From positions 23,250,001-23,314,000 of the forward strand of contig CM022673.1 of NCBI GenBank assembly GCA_012295275.1: a stretch of 64,000 bases of DNA, given 5' to 3'. The position numbers and the translations under genes are program-made. Position 1 is the stretch's first letter; the number at the start of each line of letters is the position of its first letter. The stretch comes from Chrysomallon squamiferum. Taxonomy: Eukaryota; Animalia; Mollusca. The notes under the pieces are model-generated. The model was given only the letters and a program-made list of their open reading frames with translations. It was not told the origin of the DNA and did not search any database. Shown here piece by piece: positions 14,001-28,546 of this stretch.

Positions 14001-17000
14001 TCCAAAACTTTATACAATATGTTGATACATCACTAACATAATACTAACTCATAATAAAAATCAAACAAAATCAGCTTTATATTTACCTGTTATAAGGGCA
14101 ACAGCAATAATTAGGATTATTCCTAAACCAAAACCAGCTTGTCGTAAAGCAAATGGCATTCCTGAAAATAATACAAATATTCAAAATAAAGCCTTTTTAA
14201 CTAAAACATTTATATACTATAATTTTTAAATAAAGGAATTTAGTAAGCACTGAAATATCAGTAAAACAGTACTAAAAGATGTAGTGATTATAATAATGGT
14301 AGTAGTAATAAGGTGTTTAATACTACTAGCAGCAGTAGTAATAGTAGTCATAATAAAGGTAGGAATGGTAGGAGTAATACCAGTAAGATACTTGTAGCAG
14401 AGTAGTAATATAATAAGAGTAGCATCAGTAATACCAGTCATGGTAATAATTGTAATGGTAGCAATAGCAATTTAACAGCAGCACTAGTGGTATTTCTAAT
14501 ATCAACATCAAAAAGTGATTTTTATTAATAATATAATAATTACAAATAACTATAGCATAAACATATTTCAAAATTTATTAAAATGAAACACATTTTTGAG
14601 AATTTCCTATCACAAAATGTTTTCTTTTCATTTTCTTCTTCTTCTTCTTTTTACCTGTTAACAAATGCTTTCTTGAAAAAAAAAAAAAAATCAATCATAT
14701 GGCTCTTTTTAACTGCAGATCTGATTCTAAAAATAGTTTCAAAAATAGATGCTGTTCCCCTCTTACATAAAACCATTAAAAATGATATCCAACAAAGAAA
14801 AAGTTCACAAAAAATCTTTGTGGAGAATTATTTTAAGTATGATACTTTACAAGTCAATAAGATGTTTTAGAAATGGTATCTAGGGAATAGGCTGTTTTAG
14901 TGAAGACAGTTTACATAATCAATTGTGTGGTTCATTCCATTCAAAAATAAATGTTCGGTGAAAAATTGGTTAAGTTCTTCAGCAATTTACATTGAGTGAA
15001 AAATTGTTGAGTACTTCAGGAATTTATCATGAGCTGAAATGAAAATTCAACAACCTATTATTGATTTCCTATGTCATTTAAACTATAGTTATGAGATATT
15101 TCATCATTAACAAACTTTCTATACAATATTTCCTATCTTTCTATACATAAAGCATAAGGAATTCTGAATTTCCCTCAGGAATATCTTTTTATTTATTTTT
15201 TATTTATTTAACATTTTAGAAAAGTGAAAAACTTTTGAGAGACAAAATAATAGGCTGCACATCATTTGAATAATATTTATTTTATGTGATTTTACTGACA
15301 ATTTCAAATTCTTTGTTTCTCAAGAAAAAAAACTGCTGACCTATAATTCCAGAACCAATGATAGAATTGATGAAATTGAAGCTGGTCATGGGCACATTAC
15401 TCCGTGGCTTCCCATCATCCTTCTCCTCCACTAGGTGGCGGGTGTCACTTATACTGCTAGTTTCAGAGAAGTCTGAAAAAGTCTGAAATAGATAGGAAAA
15501 TATAATTTAAAAATCAATAGTAGGAATGTTTTAAATTTATATATTTAAATGTTACAGATTAGTCATTCCTTAGTGATAATCCTCAAATGCAAACAGGGAA
15601 TGATCTATATGTTTATTTATAAGCGAAACATTTAATAAAATATTTTCCATGCAGATTATGTTAAATACATCTAAGTTACATCTATGCTAAGTATTGACTA
15701 AATAAAGAAGACAGTGCATTTTCACCGTTTTTCACATTTCTCATAATGGATTTCTGGATATGCACTATCATCAATACAAATAGTAACCTATTAAAAATAG
15801 TAAACTGATTATTTTGTTCTGTATTGCTGGCAACCCAACAGATATTTCACATATTGTTATGATCTTCTGTCATTTCTTGAAATGATTGAAATTTTGGCTT
15901 TAAATTTAATCCACATTTAAAAATTAAAATATTTTAAGCCTTACATTATGATGATTATATTATTTTTAAATACTGTCAAGCTAGATCAGAAGTATTCAGT
16001 ATTCTATGTTGCTTCTTAAAATGCAAGTCTGATTCATTCTGCTTAAAGTTTATGATGTCCTCTTTTATTTTTATACAGATGTCTGTTAGTTAACATATTT
16101 TTCCTTTGCACTGTCACTGACAAAGCAGTTAATATGTTTATAGTAATTAATAAATTCTTTACTCATATCAGAATTTCATTTTCAAAAATAATTATATAAT
16201 TATAGAACAAAAAGAGAGATTGAAAAAAAATATATATATTTTTTTTAGAGTCAACAATGGAAATGCTTAAGAAATAAGCAGAAGTCTTTTTTATTAAAAG
16301 CTCAGAAATGTTTTGGAACGGGAGTTCCTGAGTGATCTAAACTCACCTCAGAGAAAACTGAACAATGTCACAGTGTATCAGTTATTTGAATACAGATTTA
16401 TTCTGCCTAATTTGTAGCATTTTGATCAAGGAATGTCTGCTGTAATGAGGATTTATAAGAGATGCTGAACCAAAAGGTAGTTATCATTTACAGATAAACC
16501 TAATTTTGTCCATTGCAGGAGAACAAATTTTCACAATTTTGGTTGCCATGGTAACACTGACTATGAAAAATGTCTCTTTTTTAAAATGAACACACAGTGG
16601 AATGGCTTCTTTACTTATACTGTTTTGACAGAGGGGGAAGAAACGGGTAAAGGATGAAAATAGACATGCAGAGAAAAAGAAATACAAAAACATTTGGAGA
16701 GACAAATATATAGACATAGACTTTTGCATCTATTAAAAGCACTCAGTTATAGAGATGAGGCACTCATGTTGCCACTGTTCAGTTTTATATCACACCAGCC
16801 TTTTAACCATAGAGCTATATCCCATACTTCCATTAATTCTTTTAATATATAAACTTTTCTAGGAATCAAAACTTGTAAAAACAGCATGTATAAATGAATA
16901 GTTTTACTCATACATATTAGTGAAGGGCTAAAACTGCTTAAATTAATATTAAAACTAAATAATGATCTATTAATCTAATTTTAGTTTATTTTCTCAGTTA

Positions 17001-20000
17001 AAATTCCATTCTCCAAGAAAAAGAATATTAGGCTACTTTATAGTAAATAAATAAATAAATAAATAAAATAAAATTAATAAATGGTAATTTAAAAAAAAAA
17101 TTGTAAAATTAAGAAGGACTTATTTTCTTAAAATACAAAATTTTGTGTACTGCATGAACTGTCCAAAAATAAGATTTCAGAAAGTTATTAATAAACAAAA
17201 CTGTAAATTATTAAGCATTGCTTTGCTTCATTTTCAAATTAATCTCATCTCTATTGGCTGATATGTTTGCATTTCACACCTGATCACTTTCTATGTGTAG
17301 CAGTAAGTTAATTATTGATAAACAAACCAGATAACTTTGGTGTCATTAACAAATATCCCACTGTGTGAGAATGCACTAAACTTTTTCACTTATACAAAGA
17401 ATGATTTAAAAAAGTAGGAATTTTTTGGATTTGTTTTTTTTTTGCTAAAGTCAGTGCTGGAAACATGTATGAATTAACAAGTAAATATATATGTAGTTAT
17501 GTATACATGCAAATAATTAATTAACATCGAGTGATCTTTTACCTATTCAGTTTCTTCATACATACTGTAAACCTTTGGTATCTAGGTTTAGATGGGTTAT
17601 TATTTCCAGTTAATAGCAAGGAAATTTTAGATGTACATTCCAAGAGACTAGAAATACATATGTGATAAGCTGAGACATCGAATCAGTAGATAGCACAAAT
17701 GGCTTACTAAAGAACTCTACTCAGCAAGTTCCTGAGCACTCCATCTGAATCATAACTTCATTAGCAAATTTATTTATTTGAAAAATTATATTTGTGCAAA
17801 AATAACATTTCCCTTTATACAGTCAAAAACAATATGGGAATTATGATTTTTTTTTTTTTATCTCTCAGTACTGTAGAAATCTTTCAATTTTGGATATTTT
17901 CAGGAATAAATCTGAAAATGTATAACTAGAAATTTTGCAAAGAAGAAATCAGAAGAATTTGTATTTGTAATTACAAAAATTTAATGTATCATATTCACAC
18001 TTTATCTATAATAGCTCAATGATTTTAACAACAACCATTAATGAGAACATCTATTTAACAAAATTAACAACAGTTAACAGTAAAAAAAAATGTGAATGTA
18101 AAGTACTACTGAAGAAAAAATAATTACAGACACAAATAGAATTATTTGAAAATTAAATAAATTACTGTCAAAATGAGTTAAGAAAAAATTAAATGATTTA
18201 TCCAAAGACCGTAGAGAGAGAAAAAAAAAAAATTATTTGATTTCTGTCAGTTAATCTAATTCATAATTAAATATCTTTGCTGAAAAATCTAAATTATTAT
18301 TCTCAAAAAAAATGAGGTAAATTCATTATGATCTATATTATCTGTTTTATCAGTAAAATTAACTCATAACAAAGTAAAATACAAATCATTACCAAGTGAA
18401 TTCTGTTACAAACTTTCTCTGTATCTTGGCAAATTGGGAAATAATCTCTAAGGGGAAAAAACAATACAAACTCATTATGAAAGAAGACAAAAACAAATCA
18501 ATATCTTGCTAAACCAAACTGATTGTCAAATGATATCAGTGTAGTCAGTAAAGTGTAAATCATCATTAAATAATTTCTCTCTATCATTTCAACCAGTGGA
18601 TTGTTTTGTCATGCAGGATATGAAAAAGAATGGAAGATGATCATTTATCTTAATTAGGGATATTGATCTCTGTGCTTTGAAACATTCTGTACAATGGAAA
18701 TAAATGATTTCCATAACAATGCCATCAGCTTGTTTCATAAGGATGTATATCTTACAATAGCAAAATTTACAAAGTATATGTAAAATATGCTAACAGTCAC
18801 TGTCACTGTCGTGGTAAGATTATAACTGAGTATCTGTGAGATAATGATAATCTGCTGAACAGCATGATGAAGTCTTTGTTTCATATATGTGTAGTGTTGA
18901 TGTGTTATTCAAATAATTATGGACAGAAAGGGTTAGATATCATAACTTAAGATTAAAGAGAAGGTTGATAATGATAACTGTGGGTATTATATACAATAAA
19001 TATGTAACTGGAAAACATTTTGTAGCTCAGTAAAACATCAAGTGTATAAGATATAACAACTGAGATAATTGTCTCTTTATGACGAACATATTTAGTTTCT
19101 GTGAGATTGTTTTAAGTGAAATATAAAGCAGTTATCGTGCATCATTATAGAGTGATGTAAACTGTATTTATAATAATTATGGCAAATGTATATTTTCTGT
19201 ATGGTGTACATAATACATAAATCATACAGTTCCATACAGCTATAAACAATGTAAAATATCCATGTTACACATGACAGAACTTAATGTAAATATATACAGT
19301 TTTTCTGAAAACAGTCACATATATATTCAAGATACCTCTACACAGCTGTCTGTTATCTACAGCAATAGAGATTACATGCATTAACTATTTAATGTTTGTT
19401 GTAGTTGTCTGATAATTTTAACACAGGCCCATGGCCAAAGAATCACCCAGGGGAATTAAAATCTCTACAGCAATCTCCATAGCATTCCCAATATCTGGAT
19501 AGGGAAATAATGCACACCATTAGATCCTTTCGTTCAAGTAAGCAATTTAATATAGTGGAGTAACATATAACATTAAGAACTGAAAAAGCTGTCAGTATTT
19601 ATTCACCTGATTTGCAAAGTGTACTTAATTTTCTGAGAATATCCACTTCATACTGTAGCAAGCAGATCTGCCAGCTAATTTATCAAGATATTAGAACATA
19701 ACCATGAGAAATGGATCTCCCTGAAGACTAACTAAATCTGTGAACTAGGGTCCTCACAGTCACAATTCAATTTCATCACCAAGCCAGTTATTTTGGCCAG
19801 TAGCTGGTCAGTGATTGGAAACTGGCTGGACTTTGGTTGCAGACTGTCTCTGTAGTCATGTCTTAACCCTGGCTTTCAGCCATCTTGGCAAATTTTATGT
19901 TGCACTAAATCAGTTTGACTGGGATACATGATGCACATTCTTGCTTCTCACTCCCATAGGTGATGAGACACATATAATGAATGGACGTTAATACAGTTAG

Positions 20001-23000
20001 GATCTAATGTGCTCACAAGACAATTCAATTCCTTAATACATTAATCTATCAGAGATTATTAACCTTCATGTTTCCTGTACACGACAGCTACAAAAAGCCA
20101 TGATACAGTTTGTCTGGTCATTTCCAAATTTCAAAATATTCCATTATGTATGTTTGTTTTCATGTACATATTAATTTAAAGATTCTGATATTATCTTTTT
20201 TTGATATCAATACAAAAATCTAATTTCATTTCATTTCTTGACAAAAACTACCTCAAATCAATATATATATCCCATGATACATCTTGTTTATTTGATATAA
20301 ACATAATATCAGGCCAATATAAAAATGATGATATAGTGAACAACATTTATATTAACTTATTTAGGTAACAGACATATTGTTGATTTGGTGTTTGTCTTGT
20401 TATTTAATACTGGGAATCAGTTTGTTAAGAAAATATTTTATCAAACTACAAAAGAAACAGATGAAAAAAGTAATCTTTTGACATGTTAAAACAAAATGAA
20501 ATACTAAACCTTATATATGTATTTTTTACATGTTACATGATCCAAACATTTTAATCCTTGAATTAAATAAGTTATAACCTCTGCAAAATGAAAATTCAAA
20601 TTGCATATACAAATAAATATCTAGGTCATATTTAGGGGGAAGAGGCACTAAGAAATTCTCCAAAAATGGAGTTTTACTAACTCTTTGAATTCACCTACTT
20701 CTGGTAAAGTAGTAATACTTTTTTTTCCTTGTCACTGATCCTAATAATAAGGTAACAAAAATTGAAAAATAATTTATATTGAAGAAAAATCTGTAATTTT
20801 GCTAAGGACAGTTTAGGTGAAAAAAATTAAAAAATAATAATCAGAAAATATGCTGCATTTTCCATGAGGTGTGGATCAATATTTTTAACCCCAAGTGCCA
20901 TTTAAATACAGTGCTGCAGTATTCAGTACTGGGTAATGTTGAAATTGATCACATTTTATCTCACTTTAAAAATACACTGTTCCTAGCATTGATAGGTGTG
21001 CCTGAAGATTTTCTATGAATTTCATAGTGAATGGAATCCATGTGGGTTTGCTAATCCTGTTCATAATATCCAATAATACCTAGGGCTTTCACTGAATTTA
21101 ATATTCTTTTATATGCAGACGTTAACACTGATGTTGCAGACCCAATACAGTCACAGTGCATGTCCATCGGGAATCTGTAATTTTGATTGGAAAAAGGATT
21201 TGGAATATTACGCTGTCTGATCGTCTTGCTAAATTGATTATTACAGTTTATATGCAGTCTGTATTTCTAGCTAGCTAGCGACAGCAAGTTAGATTTTCAT
21301 CCTAAATGTTCTTTTTGTTTCTTTGAAGTTGTTTTATTTTCTTTTTGTTTTTTTATTTATTTATTTATTTGCATGCCGACTTCATTTCTTGCATGTACAA
21401 CAATTTATGTTTTCTTTTTAAAAACAGTGTGAAAGTAAATTTCACATTGTATGTCTTCTATCCTTTATCTTTTTTTTTTTTTTTTTTTTTTTGTTATCTA
21501 TCAGAGTAGCTGAAATAAGAAATAACAGTGAATAACAACAAAAGAGAACCAATTTATTTTTCTGTAGTCATGGCATCATCACATTCAGGGCAGAACTATT
21601 TGCTCTAAAGATCTTCAAGCAACAGAAAAAAAAAAAAAAAAATTGAAGTTATCTGGTATGATACGTCATAACCTCTCCAAATATTTATCGCAGTTAGTGC
21701 ATTCATAATAATAAAAAGAAAATTAATGTCAGTAAAAATAAGCCTGTATAATATTTCCTTTATTAGACAGTAAACCCATATGCAAATAAGGCATCATTCT
21801 GACAGATGTCTCCTAGGAGAGAGGCAGAGGGCATATCTGAGATGGAAGAGAAAGGAAGAAAATGTTTTGCAGTGCTGAAGTTTGAAGAATGGATTCATGT
21901 GCATTTTTATCCCCTTTGGAATTCATTATATCAGATGTTTAAAGGAAGAGAAAAAGAATTAAGGAGAAAAAAGAAATGAAAAGTGAAAAGCAACAAAAAA
22001 GTTTGGAATAAGTCAGAATTAAAAGGAAACAGATGGAACAAAATTTAAAATGAAACCAAATAGAAAAGAAAAAAAATAAAGAAAATATTTAAAATACAAA
22101 GATAGAAACAAAAATAAAAATACTGAAATATGTAGATAAAAAAAAACCCAAAACAACTATAATAAAAAAAATAATAAAGATAATACAAAATTTATATTGA
22201 AATAAAACAGAATTTTCTGAAAAAGGAAGAAATAATCATTTACAAGAAAAAGGAAATATGTTAATAAATATTAAAGTGAAACCAACATTAAAAAATTGTA
22301 ATCAATTTACTTTTAATTTTGTTTATAATTGTAAATATAATTTTTCATAAAACTTTTAAGACTAAAATGATTAGAAATGGGTTTCTTCAAATAATATTAA
22401 TTAGAAGACATAATTATGCTCTACTAAGAATAAAGATTATTTTACTTAGAAAAATCCAAAAATCCAAAAATTAAAATAAAAAAGAAATAAAAAGAAATAC
22501 AATATATGGAAAATTAAGAAAAAATCCAAAATAAAATTAGAAGAACTGGTGTCAAGGAACAAACAAGAATAACAACAGGAAAACAAGATCTGGTTTTCAT
22601 TAAAATGTCAGACAAAAGAAAATAGTAAAATGAATTCTTTGTTTTTACATGTATAATGACTACTAATTCAGTTTTGGAAATTTGCAGTTGAACCAAATAA
22701 TTTTTTTAATAAATGCAGTAGAATAAAACAGAAAGTGAAAACCCAATTCACATCTTTGGCACTTTAACAAGTTAATACAAATATTCAGAGAAGACAGCCA
22801 TTTTTCTCCAAGGTATGGTTTCACATTTTCTCACTGTATCACATTATTTAATATTGGTTAACATCAGTGCTGATAAGATTTGTGTTAGTTTTGTTATACA
22901 AAGGTTTAGTGGTGTCTGCAAGCTGGGATCAAACCTCCAGACTGACTCAAAACAAAACATTGTTTCTAAAGCTAAATATTGATTTGTTTTTCCCTATAGG

Positions 23001-24713
23001 GAATGTACTCCATCTAATGCAGACTGACATTTTAATGAGAAGTCTATTTTACTTAAACTGTGCATACAGTGATACTTAAAGTAGCCTAAATACACTTTAT
23101 TGCTTTATTTGTCCAGACGCAATGTTTTGCTAATAGAAACATATAATCTGCCAATAATAACAGTGCAAGTAACAAATTTAAAATTATCTTCAGTCAAATA
23201 AAATACAGACTAAAGAGAAATATCTCTGGTGTCTCTTCAGTAATATGTTTACTGAATGTATGTATGTTATGTACATACACAAATACATATATGCGTATAT
23301 TCCTGTGTTCTGTGGCCTGCATCTTAGTTTGCTTAATGAATGTTACCAACTGCCTCAAATAATTAACCAATAAAAAGATATTTTTAAAAGATACAATAAA
23401 AATAAAAATCACCGATAATTGTTGTGAAAACAGTAACAAAGATACTGAAGATAACAAATAATCAATTATTTCTCCTGACACAATCAGCTTTGTCTAAAGT
23501 GTAGATAAATATTTAATATGCAGGACAGGATAATATTATTTGATTGGAAATCATTTACCTGACTACAACTTACAATTATTTGTCATCATTGTGTCTTGGT
23601 ATTGCTAGCATGTACATAATTAACAAAAAACACTTTTAAATTAATATGTATGCTGTAACTTGATAAAAAATGTATCTGTATAGATTGCTAGATACAAAAT
23701 TATATGTGTTCAGTTGTATAAAACTACAGTATCAAACCAATTAATTTGGAAACTATGGACCATAAATCATATTTATAAAAACTACAGTAGTTATGGTTTT
23801 AATACTATTAAAACTTATAATAAATAAAGTGAATAATGTGATCATGATGATGATAATTATAACAAAGGTAGTAATGACTGTAACAAGTTCTATTTTTGCT
23901 AATAAAACTATATCTGCTTTCATTCCTTTTACAACAAAATGTTCTGTATTTGCATTCACATCAGTAAAGCAGTAATAATAAATGTATGTAATTATCTTTG
24001 AGTGGAAAGTGAAGTAAAGTAAACAAAATGGATAAGTAAGAAGAAAAATTAGAATTACAGACGTTCATTCAAAGATACTGTGTCCTAGCACAGCTCTGAA
24101 TGTTCAAGAGATCACTGATGGGGGTGGATATTTTAAGTGCAGACAAATTTGCTTATTATAGATTATTTATGACAGTGTCTTAACAATATCAAGAAAATTT
24201 TAACACATTTTTATATCAAAGGTGGCAAACATTATTTGTTATATGTTAACATAACAAAGAAAATGAAAAATCTAATTCTGCTATATATGGATTATTTTTA
24301 TTGATTTTCAGCAAGAGATAGTTAAAATAACAGGAAAGAAAGTAAACAGGGCATGAGATACTGGCAGGAATGGGAAATATTAAAAAGTGGAAGACTGAGT
24401 GATCAGTTAAAATGCCTCTGCACTTGTGATAAATTTTCATTAATTTTATTTAAGTATTTTGGATATTCAAAATTAAAATCAAGGCAGAGACAGGCAGTAT
24501 TGTAGTTAAGGACAAGGACATTTTTATTCAGTGAATCTGTTGGGCTATTCTAAACAACTGATTTATCTTTTTTTGGAGTGTGTTTCCCAATGAAAGAGTT
24601 GGTGAATACGAAAATTGTTTTTGCCACTATCCTGAAAAGAATAGGTTTCTTATTTTATAATCTGTGTTATTCTTAGTCATATGTGTATGATCCAATAAAA
24701 CAATATAATAATG

Positions 24714-24748
<35 letters not shown>

Positions 24749-25732
24749 TCAGTAGGTAATAATATAAATAAATGAATGTGTGCTTATGTAATACATATGC
24801 TTATTTATGCATGTGTATATAATAATAAAAAAGTTTCAAGTAAAATTATAATTTTATGAGACAGTTTATCACATGTTCCTGACAGAAAACCATACTTAAT
24901 GACTTCAGGACAATAGTATTTGCTTGATGCTGAAATATCATTGATTAAAATTATCATGAAATTGGGTTTAGGTTCTGTCTGGTCTTAGAATCATAATACT
25001 GATGGTACAGAACAGGAAATTCTTCAGAACCTTTTACTTCATTCTGGATGGAAACAAGAATGTTATCTAATTAGTACTGTCATTAAAGCATCTTCAGCTT
25101 TTGGTAATAAATAATTTAGGATTGATCCAAACCCTGCATTTTAGCCAATATTCCTTCAGTTTGAATTAAGACTGGTTGTTGTTGATATTTTTATGAGGGT
25201 GTAGTATGGTTGTTGTTTTTGTATTTTTGCTGAAAATCTTACTTAATGACATCAGGACAACAGTATTTGCTTAATGCTGAAATAACCTTGATTTCTAAAT
25301 TCAGTTTATAATGATATTGACTTGGGTTCTGTCTAGTTTTAATAATCATAATACTGATGGTACAGAACAGGAAATTCTTCAGAACCTTTTACTTCATTTT
25401 GCATGGAAACAAGAATGTTATCTAATTAGTACTGTCATTAAAGAATCTTCAGTGTTTACTAATAAATAGTTGTAGGATTGATCCAAACACTGTATTTTAG
25501 CCAATACTCCCTCAGTTTGAATAAAGACTGGTTACTGTTATTTTGTATGAAGGTGTAGTACAGATTTTATTTTTGTATTTTTGTTTAAAAAAAATCAGAT
25601 TTTATTTAAATTTCTTTTTTGTTTTTTTTATGTTCTGTAATTATCAATCTTAATTTTTATTTTATAATTCTTTTTTAGATCTAAAGTAAAATAATTTTTC
25701 AGAAAAAAAGGAACAGTTATTATTTAATTTCA

Positions 25733-25779
<47 letters not shown>

Positions 25780-26571
25780 TTATATATTTTTATTTATTAT
25801 TTACCTTCTCAGTGGCTGTATTATTCATCCCCTTACATAGCATTACTAAAAATTAATCAGTGCTTTTAATTTTATCTCAGACAAATGTTAATAGTTTTTC
25901 ATAATGAACATGTTAAGTGTAGATATTAATGTAATGATTAGGAGCCATTTTATCATATAACAAGTTAATGTTATAAAGTAGTTAATTAATCAGTTTTTCA
26001 TATAAATATCTTTCCTTTTTAATAAGGTGCTATAGATAAAAATAAAAATAATGAAAAAAATTATAATTATATTGATGATCATAGTTTAGAAATAAAAATA
26101 ATATTGTTTTTTTTGTTTTTTTTACAAAATGGTATCCCACAATTCACTTTCTTGTCATGTGAGGTAAAAGTATTCAGTTTGCTCTTGTTTATAGGCTTCT
26201 TGTTCATCTGTCTACACTGTGTGAACAAGACATGCCAATGTCAAATGAAAAGTCTTTTTTTTTTTTTTATCTCTTTGATGCTTTTAAGAGTTTCATGTTT
26301 GTATACATTATGAGAACAAAAATATTCTCTTTGAGCAAAGCTGGCTTCCTTCCTGTAACTTAGCAGAAAGAATTGATTTTTAACTCACAGTCCTAAATGT
26401 TGAGTCTATACTCAAATATTTTGTTAACAGAGTCATCATTTGGTATGGTTTTGTGGATTCTGCAGGTTATTACATCCTCTTCATTTTACAAATAGATTAT
26501 TTATGGTGGAGTGGCAGGGGAGAGTAAATGTACTTAATGTTACATATAAATACATACACCTTGCATATATA

Positions 26572-26617
<46 letters not shown>

Positions 26618-27567
26618 GCATATATTAGGTACATGTATACACAAGCACATATACATTCATTTATATAATTACCTACTGAATTAATATTATTATTTCTATT
26701 ACTATTGATACAACTAAGTATGTGTATAAGGTAATTAAAATATTTTGATAAAGAAAAACTAATAATGTTATATTATGTAGAACATAAGTATTTTTTATTT
26801 CCTTAGTGTATTAAACTATACAAAAAAGATATTGTTTTTAGTCCTTTGCAGGATTATTATAAGACTGTGATGTTAGTCATGTGAAACACTGATACACTTA
26901 AGACGTCCCCTGAATCCACTTCTGCATTATATGGTTTTACAAAGATGAAATACAAAATTCATTTAAAATCTACAGGATAACATTGACTCTGTTACATATA
27001 ATATGTGTGTAACCTTGTTGTTATATAAATATTCTATTCATTTGTTATGAACTGGTCCAAAGCTCACAAGCTATGAAAGTTTTAATTTGTTATGTAATCA
27101 TGAAGTAGCTGCACTGTTGTGGTTGGCAGTGCTGTACTGGAAGAAGCAGAAGTAGAAATTAGATTACAGTGTTGGGTTCATTGATCAGTAGAAAACAAGT
27201 AGAGAGAATTATTTACTCAACAAATGGATTTCCACACTAAACTGATCACGCAAGAAAACTTGATTCAGTTTCATGTAGTTTTTGATGGCTTTAGAGATTT
27301 GGGGATTTTTTAATTGCTGTTGATGGTATTAGTTGATATGAATGTGTGTGGGTGTTTGTCTTTCGGTGCATCAGTTGCTGAATGAAGTCCCTGTCTGACT
27401 TTCGTACACTCTGAATTATTCTTTATCCTCCTCCTCCCCATTGCCATTCTAACCTTAACTCATTCTTTCACACTCTAACCTTAACTCATTCTTTCACACT
27501 CTAACCTTAACTCATTCTTTCACACTCTAACCTTAACTCATTCTTTCACACTCTAACCTTAACTCAT

Positions 27568-27649
<82 letters not shown>

Positions 27650-27698
27650 TAACTCATTCTTTTATAATCCCTTTCTTTTAAACAAACACAGACACATA

Positions 27699-27756
<58 letters not shown>

Positions 27757-28515
27757 AAGCTTATCCACTCTCAACCAGTTCTCTGATGATCTCCCTTTTC
27801 TTTCTTCACATCCTTCACAACTCTCTGACTCTTGTTTTTTTCACTTTTGACTTCCTCTTTTTCTCCTTCATTTACCAGCTTATTACTTTTCACATCTCAC
27901 ATAAAATAAAACTTGCATTTATAAAACATACAATATGCTTTAACACCACCACCTCTAGGCTGATATTAAAACTGGATTCATCACAGGAAGCATTGTTTAA
28001 ACCCACTGTTCTTACACCTGTCTCTTATACAGTCTCTCATCTCCTTGAAGCCAAATATTATCGGTTTCTGGAGCAACATAATGAGAAAAACATTCACGTT
28101 TTACTGACAGTCTGTCAGTCACTGACATGCTGTCAAACAGATCAAAGAATTTAATATCAGTCTCAGATGACTGCCACATCAATACAGCTTAGACACACTA
28201 ATCTCAGTGAGTATCTTACGAAAGATAGAAGATATTATTATTATTATTATTTTTTTTTTTTTTTTTTGCCAGTTTATTTGTTATGTCTTTTGATTTCAGG
28301 AGTTTTTGGGGTTTTTTTTTATGAGTAATGATGAAGAGTTTTTTTTATGTAATGACACTGATGTTGCTGTTGTTGTTGTTGTTGTAAGTATTAACAGGTA
28401 TCCCTAAGATAAAACAAGGGAAGTAACAATTTATAAAATTAAATGATCTGATAAAGAAATGAAGAAATGAAATGAAATCAATAAAAAGAAATGAAGAAAT
28501 AATTACACAGAATAA

Positions 28516-28546
<31 letters not shown>

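Noticed and set aside
27449-27573. Regularly spaced 26-bp repeats as a CRISPR-like or telomeric array
   Set aside because: Head-to-tail with no spacers; only CTAACC resemblance to TTAGGG; eukaryotic minisatellite.
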